Shown: positions 1 through 52,830 of the stretch, piece after piece
Position numbering within the stretch: the first letter of the stretch is position 1
Layout of the letters: each line of letters begins with the position of its first letter
NCBI RefSeq assembly: GCF_009914755.1
Contig: NC_060926.1
Source of the DNA: the human T2T-CHM13v2.0 reference genome, Homo sapiens
DNA: 64,000 nt
Strand: one strand, 5' to 3'
Position numbers and translations under genes: made by a program
Notes under the pieces: generated by a model
The model's input: only the letters and a program-made list of their open reading frames with translations
What the model was told of the DNA's origin: nothing
Database searches by the model: none

Positions 1-169
1 TACGATTTTTCTCCCCGTTTGAGACGAATTTCTCAACCATGTGCCCACAGGAAACCTGTAGCTCAGTATGGATTCAGGGGCGCCTCAGACGCTCGCAGGA
101 ACGGAGGGGAGACCCTTGCAGTTCTGGAGGAACTCTAAGGCGCAGTCACTCTGATCCCAGGAGAACAAT

Positions 170-760
170 GCTAGGCTGAAGAGCTGAGGTGGGTCAGACC
201 GGCCTTGGGGCAAACGCTCAGGCGGAGCCCCCGGACCCCGACAAGCGCCCACCCCTGCCAGTCCCCGCCCCGCACACCGGGCTCGGTCCCCAGCCCACCG
301 CCGGCAACCTCACGAACACGTAGGGGGCCGGCGGAGCAGACGGTTGGCAGAGTCGCGCCTCCGTACCTGCACTGTGAGGGGCTCCGCGCCCAGCTCCGAC
401 CCCACCGACGACCGACGCCCAAGACCCTGCGGGGCCGGCCCCGCCCTCCCCGCCCTCGTGGGCTGCCCGACTCGCCGCCAGACCCTTCCAGGACCGCCCA
501 GAACCCTTCGGCCCAGAGGCCCAGAGGCGTTCTGGGTCGAGTGAACCCTCTTTTCCCGCAGTCCAGCCCTGACTGAAAACTGCGCACCGACCGCAGCCGG
601 GATTACATCAATCAGGCACAAAGCTGGACACCTGGGACAGGATAAGCGCACGCGCACTGTGCCTGGGAAGCCGATTAGGACCATAAGAAATCGGCGTGTC
701 GTGGCGAGCGCCCTCTTTCGGCGGAGGGGAGAAAGCGCAGAAGGGCTGGAGGACTTATTT
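170..760 (-). promoter_or_regulatory. CpG-island promoter; probable upstream promoter and non-coding first exon of DCTN1 (gene body lies left of the window)
   Basis: CpG-rich, with GC boxes and an NRF1-like GCGCACGCGCA at 646-656. Minus-strand donor-like sites are CAG|gtacgg (exon end 367) and TTC|gtgagg (exon end 314). The DCTN1 assignment rests only on remembered gene order; no DCTN1 coding sequence is visible. Confidence 0.6.
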
Positions 761-959
761 GCAAGTGTTAAACTGCTAATTAAAACAATAGCGATAAACC
801 ATATCTCCTCCATTAGCCTGGGGGAGAAAATTAAATGTTGCTGCTACTCAGTGTTACCTGTCATATGGGGATACAGGCATTCTCATGCGCTTATGATGGG
901 AATGTAAAATACAAATTTACATAATGGCATTTTAAAATTTTAGACATAGGTTCAAATTC

Positions 960-1276
960 TTTTTTTTCTGTTTTTAAGACAAGGTCTCGCTCTGTTGTCT
1001 AGACTGGAGTGCGGTAGCACGCACAATCATGGCTCATTGCGGCGTTGACTTCTCAGGCTCAGGCCATCCTCCCACCTCTCAGCCTCCGTAGTAGCTGGGT
1101 CTGCAGGCGCGCACCACCATGCCCTTTTAATTTTCGTTTTTTGTTTTTTGTTTTTTTGTAAAGACGGGGTTTCACAATGTTGCCCAGGCTGGTCTCGAAC
1201 CCCTGGGCTCAAGCGATCCAATCGCTTCGGCCTCCCAAAGGGCTGGAATTACAGACATGAGCCACCGCACCCGCCT
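960..1276 (-). mobile_element. Alu (AluJ-like), followed by a MIR-like fragment to ~1440
   Basis: Poly-T followed by reverse-complement Alu consensus (gtctcgctctgttg...ggctcaagcgatcc...gagccaccgcacc). Confidence 0.9.
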
Positions 1277-2438
1277 GGGTTCAAATTCTAACTGCAATTT
1301 ACTAGCCGTGTGAAATCTAGAGTTACTTATTTACCCTCTCTGTGCCTCTGTTTTCTTATTTGTTAAAGTGAGAATGTAAATGATGGTACCTATCTCATTA
1401 TGTTGTTAGAAGGATTAAGTTAATCCATGTAAAGAGCTGGAAATATAACTATTGTAATGTTATATTTATTTCAGTTAATCTCAGATTTAAAACAAACTGA
1501 AAAATTCATAAAGTTGCTGTAAGGGGCAGTAAGCAGTAGAAGGGATGCATTGAGTATCCCCTTTATTACTCCCCCCTTTTCCCTATTTCACCTTCTAAAT
1601 ATTTATAATTATTATTTTGAATAGATAATACGTTTACATGGCTCAAAAATCAGAACACTATTTTAGAATATACACAGAGAAACCTCCCTTCAACCCTGGT
1701 TCCCATCGACTCCATCCCCCTTGCCTGCTACAGATAATGCTTATTAGTGTCTTCTTGTTTATCTTTTCAGTGTTTTGTGCAAATATAAACTCATATGAAT
1801 ATATAGTCTTACTCCTCCCATTTCTTATGCCAAATGTAGCATGCCAGATACAGTTGGCATAAGTTCTGTTCACTTAATCTATTCTGAAAATCTTTCTAAA
1901 TCAATAAATTAGAGATCTTCCTCATTTTTCAGCTGCTTAGTACTCTATTGCATGGATACACATAATTTATTAACCAGTTTCTTCTAGTTACATACTTTAT
2001 TTCCAGTCTTTTAGTATTACAATCTTGCAATGAATCACTTTGAACATAATGACATTCCAATGTGAGCAGGCATATCTCTAGGATACATCTTGGTCAAATA
2101 ATAAATGTATCTATAATTTTAGTAGAAATGTCTTCCATCTCCTTCAATTAAAGAAAAATAAAAAGTAAATATAAAGACTTTAAAAGATACTGCATATACA
2201 TATTTTTAATTGTCGTAAAGCATACATAACATGAAATTTACCATTTTAACCATGTTTAAGTTCAGTGGCACTCAGAACATTCACATTGTTGTGCAATCAT
2301 CACCACTATCCATCTCCAGAACTTTTTCACCTTTCTGTACCAAAAACAAACATGTAAGCAAACAAAACCCTCTGTGATGATCTGACAAAAAAACTAAAGT
2401 GTATGATAGAATGTGTGTAGGTTATATATAAATAAAAC

Positions 2439-3112
2439 ACAGTTGGCCCTCTGTATCTGTGAGTTCAACCATCCTTGGATTGAAAATATTAGGGGAAAAA
2501 TGGATGGTTGTGTCTATAGTAAACATGTACAGACTTTTGTCCTTGTCATTATTCCCTAAACAATACAGTATAACAAGTGTTTACATTGTATTAGGTATTA
2601 TACATAACCTGAGATTATTTAAAGAAACAGTTCCCGACCTCTTTGGCACCAGGGACGTGTTTTGTAGAAGACAATCTTTCCACAGACTGGGTTGGGCAAA
2701 TGGTTTTGGGATGATTCAAGTGCATTACATTTATTGAGTACTTGATTTCTATTATTATTACATTGTAATGCATAATAAGATAATTATACAACTCAGCATA
2801 ATGTAGTATCAGTGGGAGCCCTGAGCTTGTTTTCCTGCAACAAGACAGTCCCATCGGGGGTGATGGGAGACAGTGACAGATCATCAGGAATTAGAGTCTC
2901 ATAAAGAATAAGCAACCTAGATCCCTTGCATGTGCAGTTCACAATAGGGTTCGTGCTCCTATAAGAAACTAATACTGATGATGATCTGACAAAAAAACTA
3001 AAGTGTATGATAGAATGTGTGTAGGTTATATATAAATACTATGCCATTCCATGGATTTTGGTATCCAAGGGGTGTCCTGGAACCAATCCCTGAAGGACAC
3101 ACAGCGACTACT
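2439..3112. mobile_element. MER2-like DNA transposon interrupted by a MER1-like hAT element (~2628-2990)
   Basis: Ends cagttggccctctgtatctgtg...ggaaccaatccc...cgactactg resemble MER2. Internal ccctttggcaccagggac...gttcacaatagggttcgtgctcct resembles MER1. Family calls are from memory of the consensus sequences. Confidence 0.7.
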
Positions 3113-3169
3113 GTATGTATCTCCTTCTGAGTGACTTTAACATTTAACCTGTGTGCTGAGTTTTTACTT

Positions 3170-5250
<2,081 letters not shown>

Positions 5251-5699
5251 GATAGCGCTTCACTCCTTCTTCTCCCTGCTTTGTTACACTTTTATGAGAG
5301 GGTCTGGCCCTTCAGGAAAGGACCACATGTGTGTTCATTGCCTGGTTTGTTATAACATACAGGTAGAGTATGAGGAGACAAGGTGGCTTAGGGAGAGCCT
5401 GACCTACTGTACCCCTTTTCCTTCTGAGGTGGGGTAGGGAACAGCATGAGGGTGGTCCCCTGGGGGTTCCTTGAAAACTGTGTGATAAGAAGAATCCACA
5501 ATGTAGGACAACCCAGAACGACCATAAAAAGTACAATGGCGACCAAGGACCATGCAATTTTAAAAAGTAAAAGAATTTTCAAAAGTAAAAAGAAGTGAAT
5601 CACTGTAGAAATCATAAAGAAAATAATCTACAGATGAAAGCTTTTTGTTAAAACAAATACAGATCCTTGAAAAGAATGTAAGATCTCATTAGATTCTCT

Positions 5700-8240
<2,541 letters not shown>

Positions 8241-8472
8241 AAAGCAAGCAAGAAAGGAAAGAATAAAAGAAGGAAAAAAGGGAGGGAAGGAGGGAGAGAG
8301 GAACAAATTAAGTGCTTCCATTTCTGGTGCTACCGTGGACTAAATATTACGGAAACTTCTGATATACTGCAACTAAAAATGCTGGATATAATATTTAACA
8401 ACCACACACACTCTTTCACCATAGGGATTCCCAGTCCACCCCCTTAACTTTCTGAGTCACTCTGTGACCCTG

Positions 8473-8876
8473 CCAGCTACAGGTTTTTCCCAGCAAGCTT
8501 GAACCCAAACTGGGGCCTTGAACATTTCCAGGCACTGTTAAAGGTATCTAGGTTGCCCAAAATATTGAAATAAACTGGCCCCAGCCCTGAGCCAAATTTC
8601 TTAAACCCCCATTTAAACTCCATACCCTGACCCCTCCTTGTGGACAAACCTAGGTAAGACATCCTGTTTTTCTCTCTGTCCATCTTGAAAATATGCTGCA
8701 GCACTCTATATGTAAGTTCTTCAAATAAATCCTTTGAACTGATACCCCAGGCTTTTAGTGCTTCCTTCTTTGGAATCCCAACCAGCCCCATCTCGAGATG
8801 GTTTGGGGCGCTCCCTTGTGGGAACTCCCTTACTTTGGGATCAACTTGGGGTGACTCCAGCTGCAGGTTGGCAGAA
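8473..8876 (+). mobile_element. ERV LTR-like fragment
   Basis: LTR-like layout with a TATA-like atttaaac and an aataaa (~8724) followed by U5-like sequence. Family not determined. Confidence 0.45.
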
Positions 8877-8884
8877 CAAAACAT

Positions 8885-8931
8885 TCACACACACCCACTC
8901 ACACAAACACACACACACACACACACACACA
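8885..8931 (+). repeat. (CA)n microsatellite
   Basis: Directly visible imperfect CA run. Confidence 0.95.
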
Positions 8932-9639
8932 ACTATTTATATTGCCTGACTGCACTGGTAGGAAAGTAAGAAAATTCTTCAGAGTATAGAGATGATAGGA
9001 AAATATGAATCCCAAAACACAGGTGATCACTGGAGCCAGTGTTTGCTAAGTAGTCAACCTCTGGTGGTCTGGAACCTGGGTTTAAAAGTCCATAAGAAGT
9101 AGATAGAAGGTTGGGCATGGTGGCGCACACCTGTAATCCTAACACTTTGGGGGGGCCAAGATGGGAGGATTATTTAAGCCCAGAGTTTGAGACCATCCTG
9201 GGCAACACAGCGAAACACTATCTCCAAGTGGGGATAGGGACAGAAAATGAAATCATGGATGGTTGGAATGGAGAGCTATCCCCCGCCACACACATAAGCC
9301 AGGAAAAAGAGTAACATCCTCCATAGAGTGAAAAACAACAAAAAAGAGTCCCTTCCAGAGGGAAACAGTAAGGGTAAAAGCCTATCTTAGTGGTGAGGAA
9401 AAGAAATCTTCTCTGATTATTCAAATAATAAACTTGTACTCATAGAAGTTTAGGACCAGAATATATATATATATATATATTTTTTTTTTTTAAAGTCCCA
9501 AAACAAAAATTTAATTTTAAGTGGTACCAAGTTGTTTAGTACTCCTGGGAACCCGGCCAAATGAAATGTAATGAGGGAATGCACTTTAATTACAGCCTTA
9601 AATAATTTCTATAGCTATAGTTCCAAGAAGGATGAGTTT

Positions 9640-14600
<4,961 letters not shown>

Positions 14601-14601
14601 A

Positions 14602-15177
14602 TGAGGCAGGAGAGGTAGTCAAGGAAGTGACCAAGTAGTCAAGGCAGCAACAGTGGTGACTGTACAATCAACACAATAAACCTCAGCATATGCATTGTAA
14701 CTGAGCTCATTCAAGCAAAGCTATCTTCAGTAGGGAATTTCCCCTGCAGACAGCATGTGCAGTTTGATTTACCTGTCCTCAAACTGACCCTTTGCTCATT
14801 TTATTAGTAAAAAGTACACCCCTGGATATTGAAGATGCTAATGAGACATGTGACATATGAACAAGCATATACAGCTACTGCACATCCACACCCAGAGGAC
14901 CACCCAGAACATGCTTACTAGTAACACCTCTTCCCACCTCATGAATAATCATGTCAGACTTCCATAAGAGTCTCCCTAGTGCCAGTCTTTGCTGTCTCAT
15001 CCTTATGAGCAGCCTGCCCTGAATTCTCTCACTTTCGGTGTACTGTCTGTTCTGCACCTACCTTTCAAAATATTCTTTTTCTTGTGCAATAAATTACTCT
15101 ATGCTGCACTTCTTTTGCTGTGTCCCTTGTTTAAATTCTTTCAAACTAAGAACTGAGGTTTCACACAGCCGTCAACA
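14602..15177 (+). mobile_element. Solo ERV LTR inserted in L1
   Basis: TG...CA termini, internal aataaa (~15088), and L1-like sequence resuming on both sides. Confidence 0.7.
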
Positions 15178-15413
15178 GATATACACATTTTAAAATATCA
15201 TTTATAATAGCATAAAAATGAAAGTGCCTGAATATAAATGCAGTAAAACTTCTGTACAAGATCTTTGTGGATAAAATTATTTAAAATTTTGTACAGGTAT
15301 TTAGAAGATTTAAATAGATATAAGAGTCAACCTTGTCCATGGTTAGGAAGCCTCAATCTCATAAAAATGTCAATCCTCCCAAGTATATCTATAGATTCAA
15401 TGCAATCCCCAAC

Positions 15414-15416
<3 letters not shown>

Positions 15417-15457
<41 letters not shown>
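15417..15457 (+). repeat. (GT)n microsatellite
   Basis: About 20 perfect GT units. Confidence 0.97.
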
Positions 15458-15460
<3 letters not shown>

Positions 15461-15894
15461 TTCAAAGAGCTGATTCTAAAATTTATATACATGAGCAAAG
15501 ATCCCAGAAAAGGAGCAATGGACTCATACTCCCTAAATTAACTGGATTTTATGACTCATCACCCAGAGCAGGCTCAGTACAATACTAGTTGGGAGACAAC
15601 TCCCTGTGAGGTTGGGGTGCTGTGCTACAGGATGTGGTAAATGCCTTAATCCAGAGGTCACTGTGTGGGGCTATCTTCCCCATAGGCAAGAAGCACAGGT
15701 CTGGGAATCAAGAGGTACAAATGAAAGTTTCCCTTCTTACTGGTATCCCCAGCGCTCCCCGGAAGGAGTCTTACTTCAAGTTACCACAACCCACCACAGC
15801 ACCCGGTAGGTTGGGAGATCCTAGTTCCCAAAAGATGAATACTTCCACCGGCTAACTGGCAATAAAGTGGAAGATTAAACTGTGTGAATTATTC

Positions 15895-16197
15895 TTTTTT
15901 TTTTTTCTTTTTGAGACAGGGTCTTGCTCTGTCACCCAGGCTGGAGTGCAGTGGTGCCATCTTGGCTCACTGCAGCCTCGACCTCCCGGTCTCAATGCAG
16001 TCCTCCCACCTTCCACTCCCAAATAACTGGGACCACAGGAACACACCACCCTGCTCAGCTAATTTTTGTATTTTTTTGTAGAGATGGGGTTTTTCCATGT
16101 TGCTCTAGGCTGGTCATGAACTCCTGAGCTCAAGCAATCTGCCTACCTCAGCCTCCCAAAGCATTGGGATTACAGGTGTGAGCCATCGCAGCTGGCC
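15895..16197 (-). mobile_element. Alu (AluJ-like)
   Basis: Poly-T followed by reverse Alu consensus. Confidence 0.9.
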
Positions 16198-18114
16198 CCG
16201 ACTATTCTTGACTCTCAAGTCATCACTAAGCCAACAGGCATAGGAAGTGGTCATTATACTGGACAGTAATTGGTCCTAGAAGCCAGCAAACAAAGGGCAT
16301 AATCAGAGTAAGTGCTGGAAGTTAGAGGCAGGGTGGCAAGTTAGGGCAGAGGTCACAGAGGGTCAGTCCATCTTGACTAGGCTTGTCAGTCGGACTGAGG
16401 CATTCCAGAGGCTCTGGGCAACATGAGGATCCCGAGAGGCTTTAACGGGAAGAGTTATCACACAGGAACTGCTGAAATATTTTCCAGAAATACCACCCGG
16501 CTCCTCTGCCAAGCTCAAGTAGAGGACTGGGAGTACACCTTGTTTGAGATCCTGTTGGGAGGGACAAGCGAAAAAGAAGTCATGCCAGGCAAACTTTGGC
16601 CTGCTGGGACACACTGAGAAGTTGAGCCCTGCCCCATTCCTCTAGGCCAAACCAGTTCTTTCCCCCACCTACCTTCATGAAGAAGCTGACAAGCTAGAAG
16701 AGGAAGCATTATGGCTAAGAGAAATGCCTCATAATCCCCATGTATACAACACCGGGCTCCACAGCATTCACAGTCATTCCTAATGACTGTGCAAAGTGAA
16801 GTGAAGAGAGAGGAGGATGACCGATAAAAGGGGTTAAGTGTAGTTCAGCAGCGTGCAAATCCTACCAAGTCTGTTGGGTAGTGTTGACCAGTGACTTGAG
16901 GGTGGTGCAGGGGACACTGGTGCTCTGTAGCTTACCTTAATGGTACCCAAGCCAGTAAGGAAGGATGGGTATTGGAAGTGTTGGGTGAACTGTAGGAGGA
17001 ACATGGTGGACGATGCTGGTATTGGAAAACACCAGCAGGAAAGAAATATTGTGGGAGATGAAAAGAGTGGGAAAAGGTTGAAATGATGTGAATACAGGGT
17101 TGAGAGAAATAGAGGGTACAAAGATGATAGTTGGAGTGGAATAAAATGCTGGTTTGGGGCACATTGGGAGTACTTTATGGCCAGGACATGTTGGCAGGAG
17201 ATGCGAAAGGTTGGGAGGTGGTGCTGGGAGTGGAGTAAGGGGTGTCAGAGGCAGTTACCTCTTCCTTGAAGTCTCTGGGCAAGCTCTCCAGTGAATGAAG
17301 TCAATAGCAGTTTGCTGCAGTCATAGTTTTGGTTAAAGGTCAAAGGGCCTCCAGCCTGTCAGGTGCCCCTCATCAATGTACCCATGTGCATGCCGAACGG
17401 AAGACACATTCACCACTGGGGCTGACCCTGCCTGTCGTAGGGCCCCTGGGTAGAGATGGGAGGGACCACACTGCTTCAATCCAAGTTCTAGAGTAAACTC
17501 CCATGCTCACTCCCCAACCTGCTTCTCCAGAAGATAGGAGAGCAGGGCTCTCTAAGAAGGGGCAGTGGGGTCCCTATCCAGAAACCTGGGCTAGGCATAG
17601 GAGAGCTTAATGTTAGCTGGGACCTCATTTTCATTATTAGCTGCCTTCCTAATGATCTTCTTCTTCTTTCATATTAGTGTTTGGAGTTTTGCCTTTCTTT
17701 TCTTCTACTTGCTAGTTGGAGCTACCTTAATTGATCCTCATTTATATGTTTTATTTCACTGATGGCTAAGAAGGGGAAGGAGAAGCTGGAAACACTGTGA
17801 AAGTTGCTTTCATGTATTCATACATTCATTCCTTCATTTATCCATCCCACAAATGTTCATTAGGCACCTGGAATATGGCAGACACTAAGCTAGGTGCTAA
17901 GGACATAACGGTGCTAGGTTTGGGGGAAAAGAAATATGTGTGCAGAGATACTTGAGAAAATGTTTTTAAAGAAACAAAGCTAGGGAAGGTCATCACTGGA
18001 AAACTATTAACAAGCTTAATATTTAAAAAAAAAAAACCAACTATGTTTCAAACAAAAACAAAATTAAAATCCTAAAGTTAAATCTTAAAAAAAATGTTTA
18101 AAATAGTACATAAG

Positions 18115-20125
<2,011 letters not shown>

Positions 20126-22755
20126 AGCACACAGCCTTCTAAGTGTAGAGAAGGGGCTTAGAGTTCATCCTACAAAGGAGAGGTTACCTTCAAAGGATTT
20201 TAAGCAAGAAAGTGTCATGATGAAAGGTGATTACTCGATGTGGCAGTGGGGAGAATAGATTAGAGAAGATGAGACAGGAAAGAAGTTTAAGAAACTGTCA
20301 CTAAGCAAGATGCAGATAGTGTCGTGACATGTTACAATTTGTGGAAAGGGACAAAAACAATCATACTTGCAGGTGCATAGAGTTTTGCCTTTGTTCACTT
20401 TCCAATTGGGATTAATTTAGTTGACTGCTAAAGGATACGTGAGACTCCGGCAACAGTAGTTGCCTCTCAGGAGGGGAACAGGTGGCTTATGTACCAGAAG
20501 AGAAAAATAGTTTAAAAAAAAAAACCCTCTGTATCCTTTTGTACACTTTCAATTTTGTACTTTGGATATGTATTACCTGACCAAAAGAAAAATTGCTTTT
20601 CTTTTAAGGAGGCTATCACATTGCAAGGGGATGAGTAATTAAAAAATAATAATAATAATAAAGGGGCTATTATACAATCTAGGAGAAAATGTCAGAGAGA
20701 ATGTTCCTGCCACCCACTCCCCGAAACTTTCCCTGGAGGAGCCAAACTTTCTCAATCAGAAAGGGCCTCTTCAAAGGACTTAGGCCCAAGGCAGTAATGT
20801 ATCAACTGTATCATCTGTATGGCCTACACCTCTGGCCGACCCTGAGAACAGAAACTGAGTCTTCTTGCTTTCTCTGTTTCTGGTGCCTAGTGTCCCCCTC
20901 AAGAAGCCTTCATTGCAAAAACTACTCTACTGGTCTGGCTAGAACTAGGGGATGGGAGAAGGAGGTCTGGGATCTCATATCCCCTTGCTGATTATATTTT
21001 GGGCTGAATGATTCTTCTACCAGCCTTCTAATACTGACTTGTGCCAGCTGGGCTTCCCTGATGTGCGACACAAAAAGTGTGTTGGGTCACCACTCAGCAA
21101 ACAGCTGGGTGCCAAGAGGCAAGAGGTGGTCCTGGGAGACAGTTACTAGAATGCCAGGGGTATAGGGAAGAGGGCAGCACAGAAGGTGCCCATCCTTCCT
21201 TACCTTGGAGTAGATTTGTGAGCAGAAAGGGCCCAACATAGTTAGTGACAAAGGTGAGATCCAGGCCCCCTGGGGTAAGTGTCTTCGGAATCCTGGGAGG
21301 AAATGAAAACACTGGCATTGAGTGATAAAGGGACCACCTTGAGGGAGACAAGGTCTGGGAGGGACATATTACCTTCAGCAGAAATGCCACAGGGGCACAT
21401 ACATGTGAAGATGGGGGCAATGAAGTTTAAGGCTATAACTCAATGTCAGCTTTTTAGGGGAGGGTATGGATTAGTGTTTTGGCAAGATTGCATAGACTAG
21501 GCTTTGAGGATACCTGTTTTAGAGTTCCTGAGCTAGAAAGGAGACTGCAGAAACATGTTTGGAGAAGCAAGCCAGGCACATACCACTGACTCCAGCATTG
21601 TTTACCAGCAGATGTATCTCAGGATTCTCCTGTAGAAGCCTCTGGGCAAAGCTCCGAATAGAGGTCATGGAGCTAAGGTCCACCTCGCCAAGCAGGAGGC
21701 GGTTGCTGTTTGAGGCTGCTTGGATCTCAGCCAGGGCTTGCTGTCCACATTCCCTGCTCTGACAAGTAAGGATCACTTGGGCCCCACACCGAGCTAGGTC
21801 CTGGGATACAACCTTCCCGATGCCTGTGGGAGGACAACTTCGGCTGGGTGGTGACTACAGTGAACAAGGGACACTCTAGGGGAGGGACAAGGGTGTTGAT
21901 AGTGGATGCTCCTCCCTGCCTTCCCTGTGAGAGTTGTTGGAGGCTGAGGCCCATAGTGAGGATTCAGGGTGGGAGGAGCACTCACCACTGTTGGCCCCAG
22001 TCACTATGGCTATTTTCCCAGTCAGATCTGTGGAGCAGCACTGGAGGTCCCAGGGATGAGACTTCTGCCAGAGCTGCACATGTAGTTGAAGAAGACCAGA
22101 ATAAGGAAGACAGAGCCAGCGCCCCAGACCAGGATGCTGAGTGCAGCCCACAGCAACATAGCAGAAACTTCCTGGGCCTGCTGGGGAAATGCTGTAGGAG
22201 GAAGTGGGTGCAGGATAAATCTGGGCAGAGTGGAGACTAGCAATGAGGCAGGTGTGGAGCCTAAGATAAAATTTAAGGAGGCACTGACTCTTGAGTTTGT
22301 TCAATATACTGTTTGAGTTTGAGAGTTCCTCCTTAACTTCAAAAGTGAAATTTGGATTTGCAGTCTAAGGTGAAGTGACCAAGCTCCAGGGACCAGGGAA
22401 GCAAGAAATCAAGTTCTTCATATCTCGAATCACTCTGTGCTTATGCGGGGCCTTCTCCTTCCTCCCCTACTGAAAGGAGACTCGAAGTTCTCTCTACAGA
22501 GCCAGACCCGCTGGCAGCCCTTATGTCTACTCCTTTGGGGGACAGGGGTTTCTCTAGAATGCCTCTGCAATGGGGCAGCTTTGGCCCTAATGCAGGGTCT
22601 CCTAAGGGTGGCGAGAGGGTTATTTCCTGAACCCTGGTTCTATCTTCTTCTAGGCCTGCAGGATAACTGCTCCCCTTGGGGTTCAGTGAGAGGGTGGACA
22701 CCCTTGGAAGAAACTGACAAGAGACATCAGACTAGTTCCTAAGGCAACTCAGGTG

Positions 22756-22761
22756 TTTATT
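22756..22761 (-). terminator. Polyadenylation signal AATAAA of C2orf81
   Basis: tttatt on the plus strand, about 125 nt past the C2orf81 stop codon. Confidence 0.75.
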
Positions 22762-22884
22762 TCTGGCTAGCAGAGGGAGGGACCAGTTACTACTGCCAGA
22801 GGCTCAGGGATCAGAGGGAGGCAGCAGGCTTAGAGGAGCGTGACCACACTTTGGGGGCTGAGTTCTTCATTAGCTGTGCTACGG

Positions 22885-30117
<7,233 letters not shown>

Positions 30118-30710
30118 CGCCAACGCGGTCGCAGCAACGCTGGTGTTTCTGCTGCATCCGGGCCGCGTAAGCCACCTAACAGTCGCCTGGGCAACCACGG
30201 GCTCGGGGTCGCTCGCCCCGCCCACAGTTGCCCCGGCAACCGCGCCGCCCGCGGCACGTTCCGGCCGCTCACCCCGCCCAAGGGCCGTGCGTACGTGCGT
30301 CGTCTCTATGGTGGCGGCGGATTTGGAGGGACCCTACGAACCAGGAGTCAGGCGAGCCGATCTGGGGCTGCAGGTGTTACCTCTGATCTAGGCCGGGGGC
30401 TTCAGGGATCCGAGCCGAGGGAGAAAGCCTTGGGGGCTTCATCACACTTATTTGGCTCGCGGGCTTGGGGCCATCGGGTGGTCCTGTGTCATCCCCATTC
30501 CTCCTCTGCGATTCCCCCGTCGCCCCAAAACAGCCCTGGGACTCCCCTGTCTTGCTCCTCGAGACCCTCCCCCATCACCGTCCTCTGGGCACCCCATCCT
30601 ATGACCCAGTCTCAGGCATCTTCCGAAATGCTCGATGATAGCCGCCCTCGGGCATCTCCGCTGCGTCTGTTTGTAGCGCGCCTGGTGATTCGGCTGCACC
30701 CCCACACAGG

Positions 30711-34258
<3,548 letters not shown>

Positions 34259-34453
34259 GAAGAGCAGCCTTCCTTTGTCCCTGTGGTATTCATAAAGTAC
34301 CCGCTCCACCCAGCCTTTGTCTGATTACTCAGTATCACAGTCATGTTTCACAGCTGGTGAACTATGCTCCAGGGATGATGTGAGGCAGGTCTAGACCAGG
34401 CAGAGAGAGGCACCCTGTCCTCAGGAGCCAGGTGAAGGCTGCTGTTAAATAAC

Positions 34454-34459
34454 TTTAAT
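34454..34459 (-). terminator. Probable RTKN polyadenylation signal ATTAAA
   Basis: tttaat on the plus strand, about 340 nt past the RTKN stop codon. Confidence 0.6.
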
Positions 34460-34799
34460 GGTTGATGTGGGAGTCACAAGGGAGGTATGTTTGCTCCAAG
34501 GGTTCTTCAGTGCCATCCTCAAAGCTGGTTAGTGCAGGGAGGTAGGGCAGAGTTGGTTCCAGTTTTCTTCCAGGAAGGGTTTAGGGAGGTCCCAGCGAGC
34601 CCCAGGAATGAGTCCCTCGGTACCATGGCAACCACAATTTAAGAGGGGCTTCTGCCCACCCCTGCAGCCTACCCCAGGTCCAGCAGAGGAACAGGAGGCC
34701 AGACTGGCCAACTTGCTATAGACAGCGCCGTATCCAGAGCCCAACTGCGCATGGGTCATTTTCTCTTCTGGGCAGATCCTATGCCAGCACCTTTCTCTC

Positions 34800-50376
<15,577 letters not shown>

Positions 50377-51224
50377 GCTGGCGGCCCTGCGACTTTGCCT
50401 GCTCAGTGCGCTCCCCGCGCCGCCCGGCTTAGCCTCCTCTCCTCGGCTTCTGTCTCTCGACGCTCGTCCGCCAGTCCGGCCGGGAATCTCCCGCTGCGGG
50501 GCTCCAAACCCCGCCCCCGGAGACGACACCTGGGCCGGGCAGGGCGCGGCAACCTCCTCTTCCACCCCCGCCAAAGGCCCAGCCCGTCCGGCCAGTCCCT
50601 GGGCGCCAAGCCGACCTGGCCCGACGGCCCCGGAGCCCCCAGGGGCGCACTGCACCTCGCGAGCACTGTGGGAGCGCGTTCTCCCTGCCCGCGCGGGTCG
50701 CGAGCGCCTACCTGGACTTGGGACGGACCGAGAAGCCCTGCCCCGCCAGCCGCCCCAACCTGGCAAGCCTGGCTTCCCGGGCGCTGAAAACCCCGTGGCT
50801 CAGGGATCGCCGCGTAGCACGCTCTGGCTCTACTCGGGCCCTGGGACCTTGCCCAGTTTCAATCCCGGCAGCCTCCGAAGAGACCATTTCAACATCCCAC
50901 AGTCCCAAATGTTCCTTCTTCGTCCCCCTCCCCACCTAGGCTCCTCTTCGAGGCTATCCGCCTAAGCCTAGTGGCCACAACTGATGGGGCGGTGCTTAAA
51001 CACGTCGTGAAACCCCAGCTCTGTCACTAACTAACCGTGCAATCATTAACTTGGTCCAGTCACTGGCCTTTCTGAGCTTCAGTTTTCTCATTTGTTCAGT
51101 GGGAATACTGTAATTATCTCCACTCCTCAAGTTGCTATGAGGATTACCTATAAGAATGAGGGTAAAATGCCCAGCATAGTGCCTGGCACAAGGCAAGTGC
51201 CCCATATTTGCAGTCATAAAGAGC

Positions 51225-52830
<1,606 letters not shown>

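Noticed and set aside
171-813. ORFs in the window-start CpG island
   Set aside because: No domain or splice support; typical GC-rich chance ORFs.
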